Part shown: positions 1 through 12,100 of the stretch, one piece after another
Position numbering within the stretch: position 1 is the first letter of the stretch
Layout: every line of letters starts with the position of its first letter
Source: Nemertoderma westbladi
Taxonomy: Eukaryota; Animalia; Xenacoelomorpha
DNA length: 64,000 nucleotides
NCBI GenBank assembly: GCA_032718475.1
Contig: JAUCBJ010008708.1
Location: 79,829-143,828, forward strand
Direction: 5' to 3'
Made by a program: the position numbers and the translations under genes
Notes under the pieces: model-generated
Seen by the model: the letters and a program-made list of their open reading frames with translations, nothing else
Told to the model about the DNA's origin: nothing
The model's database searches: none

Positions 1-202
1 CTGTGTTGTATCATGGCCTTAAGTACAGTAATTTGAATTGCAGTACATGCAACTACATTTATTACATAGTTCCACCCTTTAATTAACACCCTAATACGAT
101 TTTTAATAACTCTCTATTCTCCTTTCTATTTAAATCAAATATATAATCACCAACTGGATGGTATTTGTTAATTTAGGATTATATTCAGTTAATTAACAAG
201 CA

Positions 203-1174
203 ATGAGCAATGACAGAGAACAATTTGAAGATTTACTTGAATATGAAGATGAGCATGGAAGTACAAACCTCCATGATTTATATCAACTAAAACATGAAGA
301 TCTATTTTTTGGGGGGTATGACGTTTCCTCAGACGAAAAAACTTTGGACGAAATCATCTCAAGTGAACTCGATCCACAGCAAGTAGCAACTTATCCTGAT
401 CCTAGTAGAGTTGGGGCAGAAAGAGAATTTGCACTTTATCCTGATCCTAGTAGAGTTGGGACAGAAAGAGAATTCACACTTTATCCTGATACTAATAGAG
501 TTGGGACAGAAAGAGAATTCGGACCTTATCCTGATACTAGTAGAGTTGGGGCAGAAACAGAATTCACACCTTATCCTGATACTAGTAGTAGAGTTAGAGC
601 AGAAAGACAATTCGCACCTTATCATATTATTCCTAGTAGAGTTGGGACAAAAAGACAAATAGCACCATATCCTGATTCTAGTAGAGTTGGAGCAGAAAGA
701 CAATTCGCACCTTATCATATTCCTAGTAGAGTTGGGACAGAAAGAGAATTCTCACTTTATCCTGATACTAGTAGAGTTGGGACAGAAAGAGAATTCGGAC
801 CTTATCCTGATACTAGTAGAGTTGGGGCAGAAACAGAATTCACACCTTATCCTGATACTAGTAGTAGAGTTAGAGCAGAAAGACAATTCGCACCTTATCA
901 TATTATTCCTAGTAGAGTTGGGACAAAAAGACAAATAGCACCATATCCTGATTCTAGTAGAGTTGGAGCAGAAAGACAATTCGCACCTTATCATATTCCT
1001 AGTAGAGTTGGGACAGAAAGACAAATAGCACCTTATCCTGAGTTGAGGAAGAGTAGAGTTGGGGCAGAAAGAGAATTCACACCTTATCCTGATACTAGAC
1101 AATTAGAACCGAACCATTTCGGAGCCGTTGGCAAATTTGCAGAGTCTACTGGTTCGATACACTGTGCACAATAA
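203..1174 (+). CDS. Host-like ORF or exon: acidic N-terminus plus ~16 tandem 15-aa repeats (YPDTSRVGAEREFTP); function unknown
   Basis: 323-aa ORF. Repeat-unit indels are multiples of 3, so the frame is kept. No recognisable domain. May be one exon of a larger gene. Confidence 0.5.
   Translation: MSNDREQFEDLLEYEDEHGSTNLHDLYQLKHEDLFFGGYDVSSDEKTLDEIISSELDPQQVATYPDPSRVGAEREFALYPDPSRVGTEREFTLYPDTNRVGTEREFGPYPDTSRVGAETEFTPYPDTSSRVRAERQFAPYHIIPSRVGTKRQIAPYPDSSRVGAERQFAPYHIPSRVGTEREFSLYPDTSRVGTEREFGPYPDTSRVGAETEFTPYPDTSSRVRAERQFAPYHIIPSRVGTKRQIAPYPDSSRVGAERQFAPYHIPSRVGTERQIAPYPELRKSRVGAEREFTPYPDTRQLEPNHFGAVGKFAESTGSIHCAQ
390..1100 (+). repeat. 45-bp coding minisatellite with a 276-bp higher-order duplication
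   Basis: Unit ~ttatcctgatactagtagagttgggacagaaagagaattcacacc. A six-unit block recurs 276 nt downstream. Confidence 0.9.
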
Positions 1175-1314
1175 TTCTTGTTCTCCCCTAATCTACCTTT
1201 TGTTTAGCTGGTATTATGCTAATGACCAGCTATAAATAGATGCTCCATTACAAATATTTTTGGAGCATTTAACTTTTGTCATTTATATGCACATTACACA
1301 TAGTTACTAATGCA

Positions 1315-1624
1315 CGGTTTCCACGATGTTAGGCCTGAAGTTAGGACAATTGCGACCCGGACAATTGTGACCCGGGCAATTGCGACCCGGACAATTGTGA
1401 CCCGGACAATTGTGTCCCAGACAATTCCAACCCGATCATAAAGATTTCAAATATATTATATCAATAGCTAGTAAAAAAATATTACATGAACAATGTTAAC
1501 AATATATGTAGGTTATGCCAAATTATAAATATATATATTATATATTTATATTATTATATATTATAATGTAGTCACTATTTTAAAATTGTCCGCAATTGTC
1601 CGGGTTGCAATTGTCCGGAGACCG
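1315..1624. mobile_element. MITE-like element with 15-bp subterminal repeats
   Basis: Ends CGGTTTCC...GGAGACCG form an imperfect inverted pair. ggacaattgcgaccc occurs about 6 times at 1344-1435, with inverted copies at 1585-1620. Confidence 0.55.
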
Positions 1625-2195
1625 TTAGCCCCCCCCCCCCCCCCCCCTGACATGGAGCATAGTGAAAAAAGTTGTACTTTTTAACATGTAATAAATAATT
1701 ATTATTTTTAAATTATTGTTACTTTTTCGCTCACATTTAGACCAAAATCGGGAGAAAAAGTTGCATTTGTTTTCCCTAGGGAAAAAAAATAACCCATAGG
1801 ATTGCATTGATTTTACATTTTTTCCCGGTGAAAAAAGTAAAATAAAATATTTTTGGTTGAATTTCTTAAATTTTATTAAATGTGTTCAAAGAACATTGAC
1901 GTAGAAAATATTTGCACGTCATTTGAGCAAAATCCATGAACGCACTCAAAAGTTATTGCAACTTTAGTGTCTGCATGGCGTATTCAAAAACGGAACTCAA
2001 TATCCAATATTGGTTTATATTGTTAAGCGGCTCTCTAATTACGTAATAAATATTCGAGAACACAAAATTATTTAACATTGAGTAAGGCAGCATCAGGAGT
2101 TGAATTGAAGAGTACAGTAATTTCAATTGCAGTAACTATGGAAGCAATAGGCCTATAGTAAAATACTGCAGTTCAATTTATTTTGTACCTCTATA

Positions 2196-2620
2196 CACCA
2201 TGTCCTGGAATATAGTGTCGTTATTCAGGTACCGGCCCCCCACCCCAAATATTTCTACAAATCTTAATGAGATTACATGAAATTTGAAATTGAGATAGTT
2301 TCACCTCCCTTCTCCTCCATGGGTGCGCCAGAATTTTTATTTTTTCTTTCAATCTTTAGCTACAAAAGCGTTTAAAAAAAGTGTCTCCGGTGATATTTCA
2401 CCATTTACACGCCAGTTATTCTTCAATCATATAGTGATTTGTTGGTACTGATTGAAAGCTGGCAAAGTAAGGATTCAAAATTTGTAACATAATCTGAATT
2501 TCATAGCTGAGATATGATCGTTTAAAAGTTTCATGGTTTTGCATCTGCATGAGGCTATTTTATTGTATTAAATAAAAATACCATAATTATTCTGGAACAT
2601 GTTGTTTATTTATGAATTTA
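2196..2620 (+). mobile_element. Left long terminal inverted repeat of a TA-flanked (Tc1/mariner-type) non-autonomous DNA transposon
   Basis: TA|CACCATGTCCTGGAATATAGTGTCGTTATTCAGGT is the exact reverse complement of 21070-21106. Similarity continues for ~400 bp against 20380-20830. Confidence 0.65.
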
Positions 2621-3057
2621 GCTACGTAATAGTATAGATTAGAAAGATTATCACACCAAAAGGCGCGCGGCGCCAGTCTAGCTGGCATTTATTTCTTAAG
2701 ATCTCAAATAAAATATTTATTATATAGGAAGGGATCTAGGGGTCTTATACGGTGGCTGATTTAGGCCACATTTAATTAAATTTTTTTTCGAAGAGGATTA
2801 AGAAAAAAATAAACTAAATTATATTATTTAGGGGATTAAGAAAACAGAAACAAATTAAACTAAATTATGTGAATATTGATTTTGATTTCTGATTGGTTGA
2901 AAAAATAAATAAATGAATTATATGTCTGAATTTGCAGACTTTAACAAGTCTCTCGTAAAATCCTCCCCACTCAGGACTCCTGGCGGGAATCCTTTTCCAT
3001 TCAACAGGGTTTGCTGGGAATCTCATCGATGCCAATTTGCGAAATGTCATGGCATTA

Positions 3058-5598
3058 TCAGAGTGAAATGTTATAGGCGTGAGGGGTTAACCACGCAAGT
3101 AATCTCCGGATAGCTAGGTGCGTTGTTTTGCATTTCGTATCTGGGACTAGTTCAAGGTGAACGGCTCGTATGCATGCACATACAAATAATGCAACCCAAA
3201 CTTTGGTTCCATCCTTGAGGAACAAATGACCAAAGAAGTCAATCCCCGTATGTTTAAAGGGAGTTACAGGTGTTACACGGAATGGCTGGAGAGTGGACTC
3301 AGATGTCCGGTAGGGTATTGATCGATATCGTTGGCATTGAGGACAGTTAAAGATAAGTTTGCGCACAAGTGATCTCCCCTTAGGGATCCAATAACTTTGA
3401 CGAATAGATGCAAGAGTAGCATCATATCCCTGATGTCCAAGTATAACATGAACTTCCATGACGATTAGGTAAGTCAGGTGACTCTTAGGAGGTAGTAGTG
3501 GTAGCGGATCACAGTTACGTATACGGGGTACAAAGACTAATAAGCCATCAATGAGCTTGGGATGAAAGCGCCAAAGATTGGATGACTTGGATAAATGACT
3601 AACAGGACTCAACAACAATCGAATTTCTTTCCCAAAGAATCGATGTTGCTCTACACAAATCAAATAGCTACGAGCAGCACAAAGTTCTGAGCCACGCAAC
3701 ATTTCCGAGTATTTATTGGTTGGGTGACGAGTATTATGAATAAACCGTTGGACATAAGCTACAGTTCGTATTAGGGTATTAAGACATGAAAAACGGTATA
3801 TATCAATAGGGTTATCAATAATAGGGTATGGTGAGTCGATAACGAGTAACTGGGGTGGAGGCAAAGGAACACATGGCCAATGTGACTCAGGCTCAGAAAG
3901 AAATGCCGGACCATGTTTGTATAACATGGAGTGTTGTAGTGTAGAAAGATAACAACCCCTAGAGGGAAGATCAGCAGGGTTTAGTGCTGAAGGTATATAA
4001 CGCCATTGATCACTAATATGATCAGGACGTGTGAGGTTGCAAATCTCCGCTATGCGGTTGGAAACAAAAATATTCCGCTTTGAGACACCTTTGCGAATCC
4101 ACCACAACACTGCCATTGAATCTGTCCAGATAATTAAGCGACGTGGTTGAAATATCTCAATACAGATATGGTGGCCTAGTCGACTACCTATAAGGGCAGC
4201 AAGTAGTTCGAGTTGGGGAATAGAACGTTGGGGTTTTAAAGGGGCCACCCTAGCCTTTCCGAATAATAAACATGGCGATTTTGTTGGATGTACAACATAA
4301 GCTAAGCATGCATACGCAGCTTCAGATGCATCACAAAAAATGTGAAGATCACATTGCTCATTAAGGTAAACACATCGACGAAAAGTGATAATAGGTGTTA
4401 GGGCATCCTGAATCCAAGAATGCCATTGCTGCTGAAGAGATTGAGGCAGTTCATCATCCCAATGACCCTTCACAGCCCAAGACTTCTGCAATAATATGCG
4501 TGGTATAATCGTCCATGCACAATAAAGGCCCAAAGGATCAAATACCTTGGCAAATGAACGTAAGAGGTGACGACGGGTATAAAAAGGTGGCTCAGTTATA
4601 ACACTGGTATCAATGTACAATCTATCTAATGATGAATTCCATGGAACCCCTAACAGCTTAGTGGGAGACTCAGTAGGCTTGAGTTCCATTGCAGCAAGTG
4701 CAAGAAGATGAATAGCATACTCTAAAAAATATGCTGCTTCCTCTGGGGAATCTTTGCTACTGAGGAGGTCATCACAGAAAAAAGCTTCAATAAGCTGTGA
4801 GACAATAGTAGGATCTGCATATTTAGAGATATGATATAAAACTACAGAATGTAGGTGGTATGGACTAGAAGATACACCAAATGGTGCTCGAACAAATTGC
4901 CAGGTGGATCCATTAATAATAAGCTTGACCCACTGACGGTCATTCGGATGTAGTTCAATTTGGTGAAAAGCCGCTTTAATGTCAGCAATGACGATGTATG
5001 GTTTGAGTCGAGATCTCATTAGAATATCAACCATCGGGGCTAACAGGTTAGGTCCAATATCAAGGCAATTATTAAGACTGACACCATTCGTATCAGGAGC
5101 TGAGCCATTAAATACGATCCGAAGCTTAGGTCTTGGTTTCCAAACACAATGGTAAGGCAAGAAGTTTCCAACATTATTGGCAGTGGTGGCAGGTTCAATA
5201 ATCCCTTCACTAACTAACTTGGTAAGTTTGTCGGAATATGCAATTAAATCGGAAGATTTCAAAGCCTTTTGCATACCATATTGCTGGCGTGAAACCACAG
5301 AATAATTAGGAGAAGGACGGCGTGGTCCTTTGAATGGTAGACGAACCTGGTACTGGTTAGGGTTTTCGGTTGATTTAACAGGTGGTGGATATGCGCATTC
5401 ATCATTGTCCAGGAAACTCTGAGATGATATACCAATGGCTTCAAGGGACCACATTTGAGTGACATCATCAGGTTCCGTAATCAACAGACTTGGAGTTGAT
5501 TCTATTGATATGTTATGGTTTGGTTCTCCGGACATTGGACCACAAAGAACATAACCAAAGAACGTATCGACTGGGCGTGGAAGACCAACATTAAGTAT
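3058..5598 (-). CDS. pol: Element A pol segment: RT, Pao-type RNase H and N-terminal part of integrase
   Basis: Motifs FLPYH, RIVFNGS, ADIKAAFHQI, FFCDD, LHIFCDAS, IPQLELLAA, WTDS, NPADLPSRG, zinc finger H..GH..CPQC and GIDFFG. The sequence stops before the SDNxTNF / E catalytic region. Confidence 0.9.
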   Translation of the reverse strand: MLNVGLPRPVDTFFGYVLCGPMSGEPNHNISIESTPSLLITEPDDVTQMWSLEAIGISSQSFLDNDECAYPPPVKSTENPNQYQVRLPFKGPRRPSPNYSVVSRQQYGMQKALKSSDLIAYSDKLTKLVSEGIIEPATTANNVGNFLPYHCVWKPRPKLRIVFNGSAPDTNGVSLNNCLDIGPNLLAPMVDILMRSRLKPYIVIADIKAAFHQIELHPNDRQWVKLIINGSTWQFVRAPFGVSSSPYHLHSVVLYHISKYADPTIVSQLIEAFFCDDLLSSKDSPEEAAYFLEYAIHLLALAAMELKPTESPTKLLGVPWNSSLDRLYIDTSVITEPPFYTRRHLLRSFAKVFDPLGLYCAWTIIPRILLQKSWAVKGHWDDELPQSLQQQWHSWIQDALTPIITFRRCVYLNEQCDLHIFCDASEAAYACLAYVVHPTKSPCLLFGKARVAPLKPQRSIPQLELLAALIGSRLGHHICIEIFQPRRLIIWTDSMAVLWWIRKGVSKRNIFVSNRIAEICNLTRPDHISDQWRYIPSALNPADLPSRGCYLSTLQHSMLYKHGPAFLSEPESHWPCVPLPPPQLLVIDSPYPIIDNPIDIYRFSCLNTLIRTVAYVQRFIHNTRHPTNKYSEMLRGSELCAARSYLICVEQHRFFGKEIRLLLSPVSHLSKSSNLWRFHPKLIDGLLVFVPRIRNCDPLPLLPPKSHLTYLIVMEVHVILGHQGYDATLASIRQSYWIPKGRSLVRKLIFNCPQCQRYRSIPYRTSESTLQPFRVTPVTPFKHTGIDFFGHLFLKDGTKVWVALFVCACIRAVHLELVPDTKCKTTHLAIRRLLAWLTPHAYNISL

Positions 5599-6845
5599 TG
5601 TAAAAGCTTCTGTGGGATATAACTGGCCCCTTTTGCTTCGCAATCCAGTTTCCCCCCAGGCGCTGGAATACTCTAAAAAGGTTCTCTAACTGTATATATA
5701 TTCCCCTCGCCCGCAAGGTACCGTTACAGGTGTTTTAACGGACATAAAAGTCATTCTGCTATATACGTGTTTTGGCGGACATGGTAAGGCAAAAAACCTG
5801 CAATGCACCAACTACCTTTCACAGCTTAGCCGTGATGATTCATATTACGACATCTAACAGCTGGTTGCTGACATGGAAACAGCCATTGGACGCATGGTTC
5901 TTTGTTTGGCTTGAGCCAATCAGAGCGATTTTTCCTGTCGACGTGTAGCTTTTCGGCCGATCATAAGGAGAGTGTTCAGTCTTACTGTTTTTACTTGATA
6001 CTTTGTTGTTATTGCTGTCTAAGCCAGAAACACCGGCTTTTTGGGAAGAACTCTAGTAAACTGCTTGAATTATCGAAAGTATAAACTGTTACCTCAATAA
6101 CTCACTAATTAACATGCTCACTTAATTTAATTGCATTAATCATATTGTTTGTACTGTTATTTTACCGTCAGTTATTAATTGTACCTATTTGTTGATGGAA
6201 ATATTGCTCTTTGGATAATACGGATAAATCACCCAAATTCCCAATTTTCTTGATACACTACAGGTTAGAGAGACCGGCTATATATAACAATTGCGATTTA
6301 TATCAATGTGGTGTGTATTGAATCTAATGTTATTTAGTAGACACTACCTGAGTCAATTGCTGTTCTCTTCATGTGTGATCAAATATACTGACGGTCGGCA
6401 GAATAGTGTGCATGATTGTGAGTGTGATGTGACTGGTAACAAAGCATTTCCTAAAGAATGCGACTTATACTTTAATCATAAGCCTTATCGTTGCGTTTAG
6501 TATAAGTCCTAGCTCTGTTTAAATAGATAGAGCGCCACGTCCTAAAGGAACTGTTAATATTTCCCGAAAGTTAATAATATCTGTCAGAAATTAATTATTA
6601 GTGATCTATCGAATAATACAATAGGCTTACACTGCAACCTTACACTGCAATAATAAAATCTAAGCATCCGAATTCAGCCTCCCGGGTGTAGATCCATCGG
6701 GTGAATGATCGCGCATGGGCTGGCTTCGGCTAATGTTTTGTTTATTAGCATAAAATATTGTCGTATGCTAAAGGTGTGTTAATTAACTAAAAGACATATA
6801 AATTTTGGCAGGTTAAACTGCTAAAGGTCTTCAAAAGCGCGAACA
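5599..6845 (+). repeat. 5' LTR of element B
   Basis: TGTAAAAGC...GCGAACA, near-identical to 16391-17637 (one substitution seen). CCAAT boxes near 5885 and 5916, Inr-like TCAGTC near 5976, AATAAA near 6652. Confidence 0.95.
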
Positions 6846-7280
6846 GTAACAGTTAATAATCTTATTGCAGTAGGCAATAAGGTTGCAAGTGTAGGCATTA
6901 AATACAGTTTAATACTGTTCTGACGAACAGTAACAGTTTATAATCTTATTGCAGTAGGCAATAAGGTTGCAAACTACCGTAGTGACTGGTAAAACTGAAC
7001 CGGTACTTTGTAGGTCAGTAGGCCTAACTGTCATCACCGGTACCGGTACTGCTGTACAAGTACATTTAGTATTATTCGATTTGATTATTGTATACTGGTA
7101 GGTCTTAGTACTTAATCAGGGACTGCAGCCCTGAATTTTTATTGAGATTTTACCTATTTCTGTCGGTTTTATTTCCTAGTAGGCTAATATTGAGCAGAAG
7201 GCGTGTGACCCTGCTCAGATTGTTCAGATAATTGTAGGCTGAGCTGCTGTCTGACTGTTGTTGAGTTTGGAGAGATTACG

Positions 7281-7800
7281 GCGTGTGTAGAGTTTGTCTG
7301 ATAAAGTGCCGTTAGTAAGTTGGGGCAGTCATAACTGTAAGGTCAATCCCCTCTTAAAGAGTAAGTCGTACTACCGTGTTAGCACGCATACTAACTAACA
7401 GTTTCAGAGTCTGCATATACTGTAGTTTATTTAGGCTTGATCGTAGTCTGCCAGTGTTTTAGCCTGTGTTTGTTTGTGTGGTCTGTTCAGGTACTGTAAT
7501 AGTTATTACTCAAATATTTGTAGGCTGGATTGTTGTCTAGCTATTTTTAGGTCTGAAGGGATTGCTGCGTGTGTAGAGTTGGTCTGATCAAGTGCCGTTA
7601 GTAAGTTGGGGCAGTCATAACTGTAAGGTCAATCCCCTCTTAAAGAGTAAGTCGTACTACCGTGTTAGCACGCATACTAACTAACAGTTTCAGAATCTGC
7701 ACATACAGTAGTTTGTTTAGGCTTGATAGTAGTCTGCCAGCGTTTGGTTTGTATTTGTTTGAGTATTCTGTACGGGTAGCGTAATATTTATTATTCAGAG
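7281..7800 (+). repeat. 286-bp-period direct duplication in the element B leader
   Basis: gcgtgtgtagagtt...gtctgccag starts at 7281 and again at 7567. Confidence 0.85.
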
Positions 7801-9113
7801 TTTATGCGATTATTCGCAACATTCATGTCCCCAAGTTTATTCCTACAGTAATTGTGCTTGTTATACATACCGTTATAGTTAAACTAACCCCGGTACTACA
7901 TCAGGGCTGCTTGGCGTAGGTAAAGACTGACGACTTTGTGCTTCGGTCACTCCAGCAGATGCCGTGGTTCTTTTAGCTGTTCAAGTATATTTAACTACTG
8001 ATTATTTGTTATACCGGTACTTGTACCTAATTTAGGGTTTAGAGTACAGTGCCTTCCGAAGTAATTAGTGTAGGCAGTATATTTGTGTTGTAAAGTGGTT
8101 GATAGGCACATTCGTTAGCTCTATTAGCTTCTGGGTAGGAACAATCCGTGATACATAACGTAGTACCTATAGCGATACGGTTATAGGTCGTCAGGCGGTG
8201 GTATTTTCCTATCTGGACAGTACAATATATTTACTACTACTTATTATTTAAATACCGTAGTACCCTGTCCTTTGTAATAGCCAGAAATCTAACCCTTTGT
8301 TGGACTGGTTTGTAGACTTCCTGTAAAATTACCCTAAAAAAATTTCGTACGTAATATTTTGTTGTGTTTAATTAGAGAATTGATCTCACCCGTATCGTAA
8401 GTAATTTGTAGTATTAAGTAACTTAGGTAAATTAGAATTATCAGTTTTAGTGTCAAATAAATAACACTTCACTGAGAGCTCACAGCTTCTGTGTAGTGAC
8501 TCCCCCAGAAATAATAACATTTATTTCAAATATTGACAAAAACCCATTTAAACGGGTATATATCTATTATAAATCAACTCAAACGATTTATAAATAGTAG
8601 GCCTGCCAGACAACAACTAGGTCTCAATATCAGTTGGACTACTGCTTAAATAACGGTAATAAAGTAAGTTAAAGTAACCAAGTAACCCTAAATATTCAGA
8701 AATTCAATTATTCTAAAATAATTGATAATTGACATACCGGTATTTATCATAGGCTTATTATATTTATCTCTATAAATTTGAGCTGAAATCATACCGGTAC
8801 TCTGTAATTAATCTAGTCCGTAATTATACTTATATATACTATAAGTGTAAGCTGTATACCGGTATTCACTATAGGCCTATTATATATTTATATATATCTG
8901 TGCTAAATTTATATACCGGTACCCTGTGACAAACCTAGTTTACAATACTTATATATATATTATAAGCATACCGTTATTCTAATATATTATATATATATCA
9001 CGCTACACTGAGTAGCAGTATCGGTAATTAATTATTAGGCTAACAGTGATACTGAATTACTAGACTTGCTTTAACTGTAATATAGCAGTAGGCATTCGAC
9101 TGTACAATCAAAC

Positions 9114-12100
9114 ATGGCTGACACAAGGCAAACTCTGTCAGATAGTCTTTTAGAAACAACAGCCTGTTTCTCAGATCAAAGTGTAGAGAATCCCAGACCG
9201 AGGTCTGAGACCCCTCCTACTGTAAGAAGGGCAACCCCTGCAGTAGTTGTGTCAGAACCTAGGTTGGTAGAAGCGATTTCGCAATTTGCGAAGTTAGTGA
9301 AGCGCCGTAGGTCTGCCATAGGCACTCGGGCCCAAGTTAAGCGGGATCAGGAAGCAGCTGTCAAACAGCAGCGACATCCTAGCCAAGAACCTAGTTCCCA
9401 GCAGCCCGATAGCTCCAGTAGTTCGGAGACGGTTGAGCGGACGCCCGAACGCGGAGCGAAGATGGCGGATACGGTTTATGATGAGCGGCCAACCTTTGAA
9501 GAATCAACCGACGCCACTTCTTCTCAAGTGGAAAGCGAAGTGGAAAGCGAAGTGGAAAGCGAATTAACAGCAGCAGAGAAGCCACGAACTAGAGATGCCA
9601 TTGACATCTATCTGTCAGACTATCAGCGATTCGTAGGAGACGAAGAGTTGAGGAGACGACTGTCTGGGCTTCGCCCTAATAGTGAAGGAACCAAGCTTGT
9701 GTTAGACGCAATCGATGCGGAAATGTTAGCTGCAAACCAAGCTGAATGTGATGAAAAACTCCGCCTCACTAGAGTCCGAGAAGAACAAATAAAGAAAAGA
9801 AGGATAGAGGAACAAAAGGCGGCGGCTATGGCGGCGGCTATGGCAGAAGCAGAAGTAGAAAGAAAGGCAGCGGCGGCAGAAGTAGAAGCAAAAGGAAGGG
9901 CAGCGGCGGCAGAAGCAAAGGTGGCAAAGGCAGTGGCAGAAGCAGAAAGGAGAGCATCTGAGCAGACTACCCAACTGGAGTTGGAGAATCTGCAAGAGAC
10001 ACAAGACAGTATAAATAAACAGTTTACTGCTAATCAAATGCAGATGATGAGAAAATCTACTCCCAAGCGCCAGGGGTACACATCCTCGGAGGAAGGCGAT
10101 ACTACCGATCCTGAAGGCGGAGGAAATAGATCTCATCTAAGTAGGCGTAGAAAAACATATTACCGTCGCAAATTGCCTGATTTGCCCCCAGCTGTTAAAA
10201 GACAGCTAACTAGCACAGATTTAGGTAGTGCAGAACCCATAGAACAATTTATCCAGGTCAAAAGACTCCCTACTATAGTCGATGAACCTGAAATAATTAG
10301 GCCTGTAGTTCCCAAAGTCACTTCTGTGCTAGAGACCCCTACACTTCCAGAGCTTAACTCTAAATTCCCTTTACATAGCACTACACTGCCTGTACCCGGT
10401 GGAACAGTCCATGCAAATACCCCTGTCCAGATAGCAGAGAGAGAAATCAATAATTTGTCTCCCGTCGTCCCGCGTCAGCCCGCTACTATGTTGGCGACTC
10501 CCGCTTCGGCGGTTGAGTGGGTGGAAGAGGGACGGCGGGGGATGAATCTCCTGCTAGGACAGATGCAGGAGACTGTCCACCAACTTAAGGGAACAGTGAG
10601 GGAAGGTAGAGCAGAGTTGCAAGAAGTGCAGCAAAGTATCGCGCTAGAACGCGACAAATTAGTCAATATACAAAAAGGCATACCAATGCCCCCTGTAACA
10701 TTGTGTCAACCCGTTAGGTCTGAAGTATTACATGCGCAAGGTGTGGAGCCTACACGCATCTATACTGCTAGTGAAGTTGAAACTCCTATAGCAAACCCTA
10801 TTAAGGGTGATTATAGACCTGTTATTAATGATATTCCCTATAGACCTGATAATGATCCGAGAAATTTGTATACCGATAATTCGATATTAAATAACACGAT
10901 GGCCCAAGAAAGCTTCACGCGTCAGATGGCTAGAACAGAAGCCCGCCAAGCGGTCAAAGTGGGAGAGATCGTCAAATTCAATGGAGATGAGATGAAATGG
11001 TTACCTTTCAACGAATATTACAAAGATAGCATACAGAACTCTGTACTATCTAACGGAGATAAACTTAGATTCCTCATCAAGTGCTTGGAAGGACCTCCCA
11101 AGTTAATGGCGTTAAAGTTTATTGGACATCCAGATGGATTAAGACAAGTTTGGGATACATTAAACATCAGGTATGGTAACAAGGATAACATAGCTAAGTA
11201 TTTGTATGCAAAATTAGTAGCCCCCCGACACTTCCTTAGTAGCGGGATTATAGAGTTTTCCGATGAAATTCAAGAGATTTGTAGACAACTGGACTGGTTA
11301 GGTAAGTCGCATGAATATCAGAGTTCCATGGTTATTGGAGCCGTAGTCTCTACTTTACCAAAGGGTGGAGTATGTACACGTTGGGACAAGAAAGTGTTGT
11401 ACATGAATGAACAACAACGACGAAGTCCTACCATGGCTGATCTCATGTCTTTCTTAGATGGTGAGGTAAAACTACAACTCATCAAGCAGGCCAGAGAGAA
11501 AACATCGGAAAATAAGGTAAGTGAGAAACCCGTTTCTAGGAGAAGGATAATACCAGTGTGTTATACTGACGACGGCGAAAGCCAAGCTTCTCAAGAAGAG
11601 GACAGCGGGAAAGACACAGCAAAATCTTACTATGACAACAAGACCTATAAAGACGTAAGTAAATACAAGTCTCGAACCAGTGACAGGAGAGAACAGGTAA
11701 CAACAACTCCTCCTACGTCTCCTAAGAGAATTCACGGAAGAAAGCCCGAAGAAAGAACGAGAGTGCAGAACGTTAACCAAGTTAAGGTGAGTAACATCAA
11801 ACCAAAATGTGCGCTGTGCGACGGGCCCCACCGTTTGAGTGCGTGTGCTGAATTTCTAAAGAAATCCCCTGTAGACAGACGTACAGTCCTGTGGAATAAG
11901 CGGCTATGCTATAATTGCCTCAGATCAGGACACCAACGGCGAACCTGTTACTCCGACGTAAAGTGTGCAAAGTGTGGCGCGAAACATCACATCTTGTTAC
12001 ACAGTGAGTTCGAACGAGACAACCCGAGTCAGGTAAGTGAGCCCGAACTACATGTCCAATTCAGTGATGTGAACGACACTGACCAAGGTTCTGAGTGGGA

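Noticed and set aside
359-1102. Alternative-frame and antisense ORFs over the 45-bp repeat
   Set aside because: They are open only because the repeat unit lacks stops in those frames.
5599-5643. Start of the 861-aa ORF as a real pol start
   Set aside because: Its first ~15 codons are antisense LTR B sequence; the true upstream part is at 17638-19646.
7281-7800. Hammerhead or twister ribozyme in the leader repeat
   Set aside because: Catalytic core consensus (CUGANGA...GAAA, or the twister core) was not found.
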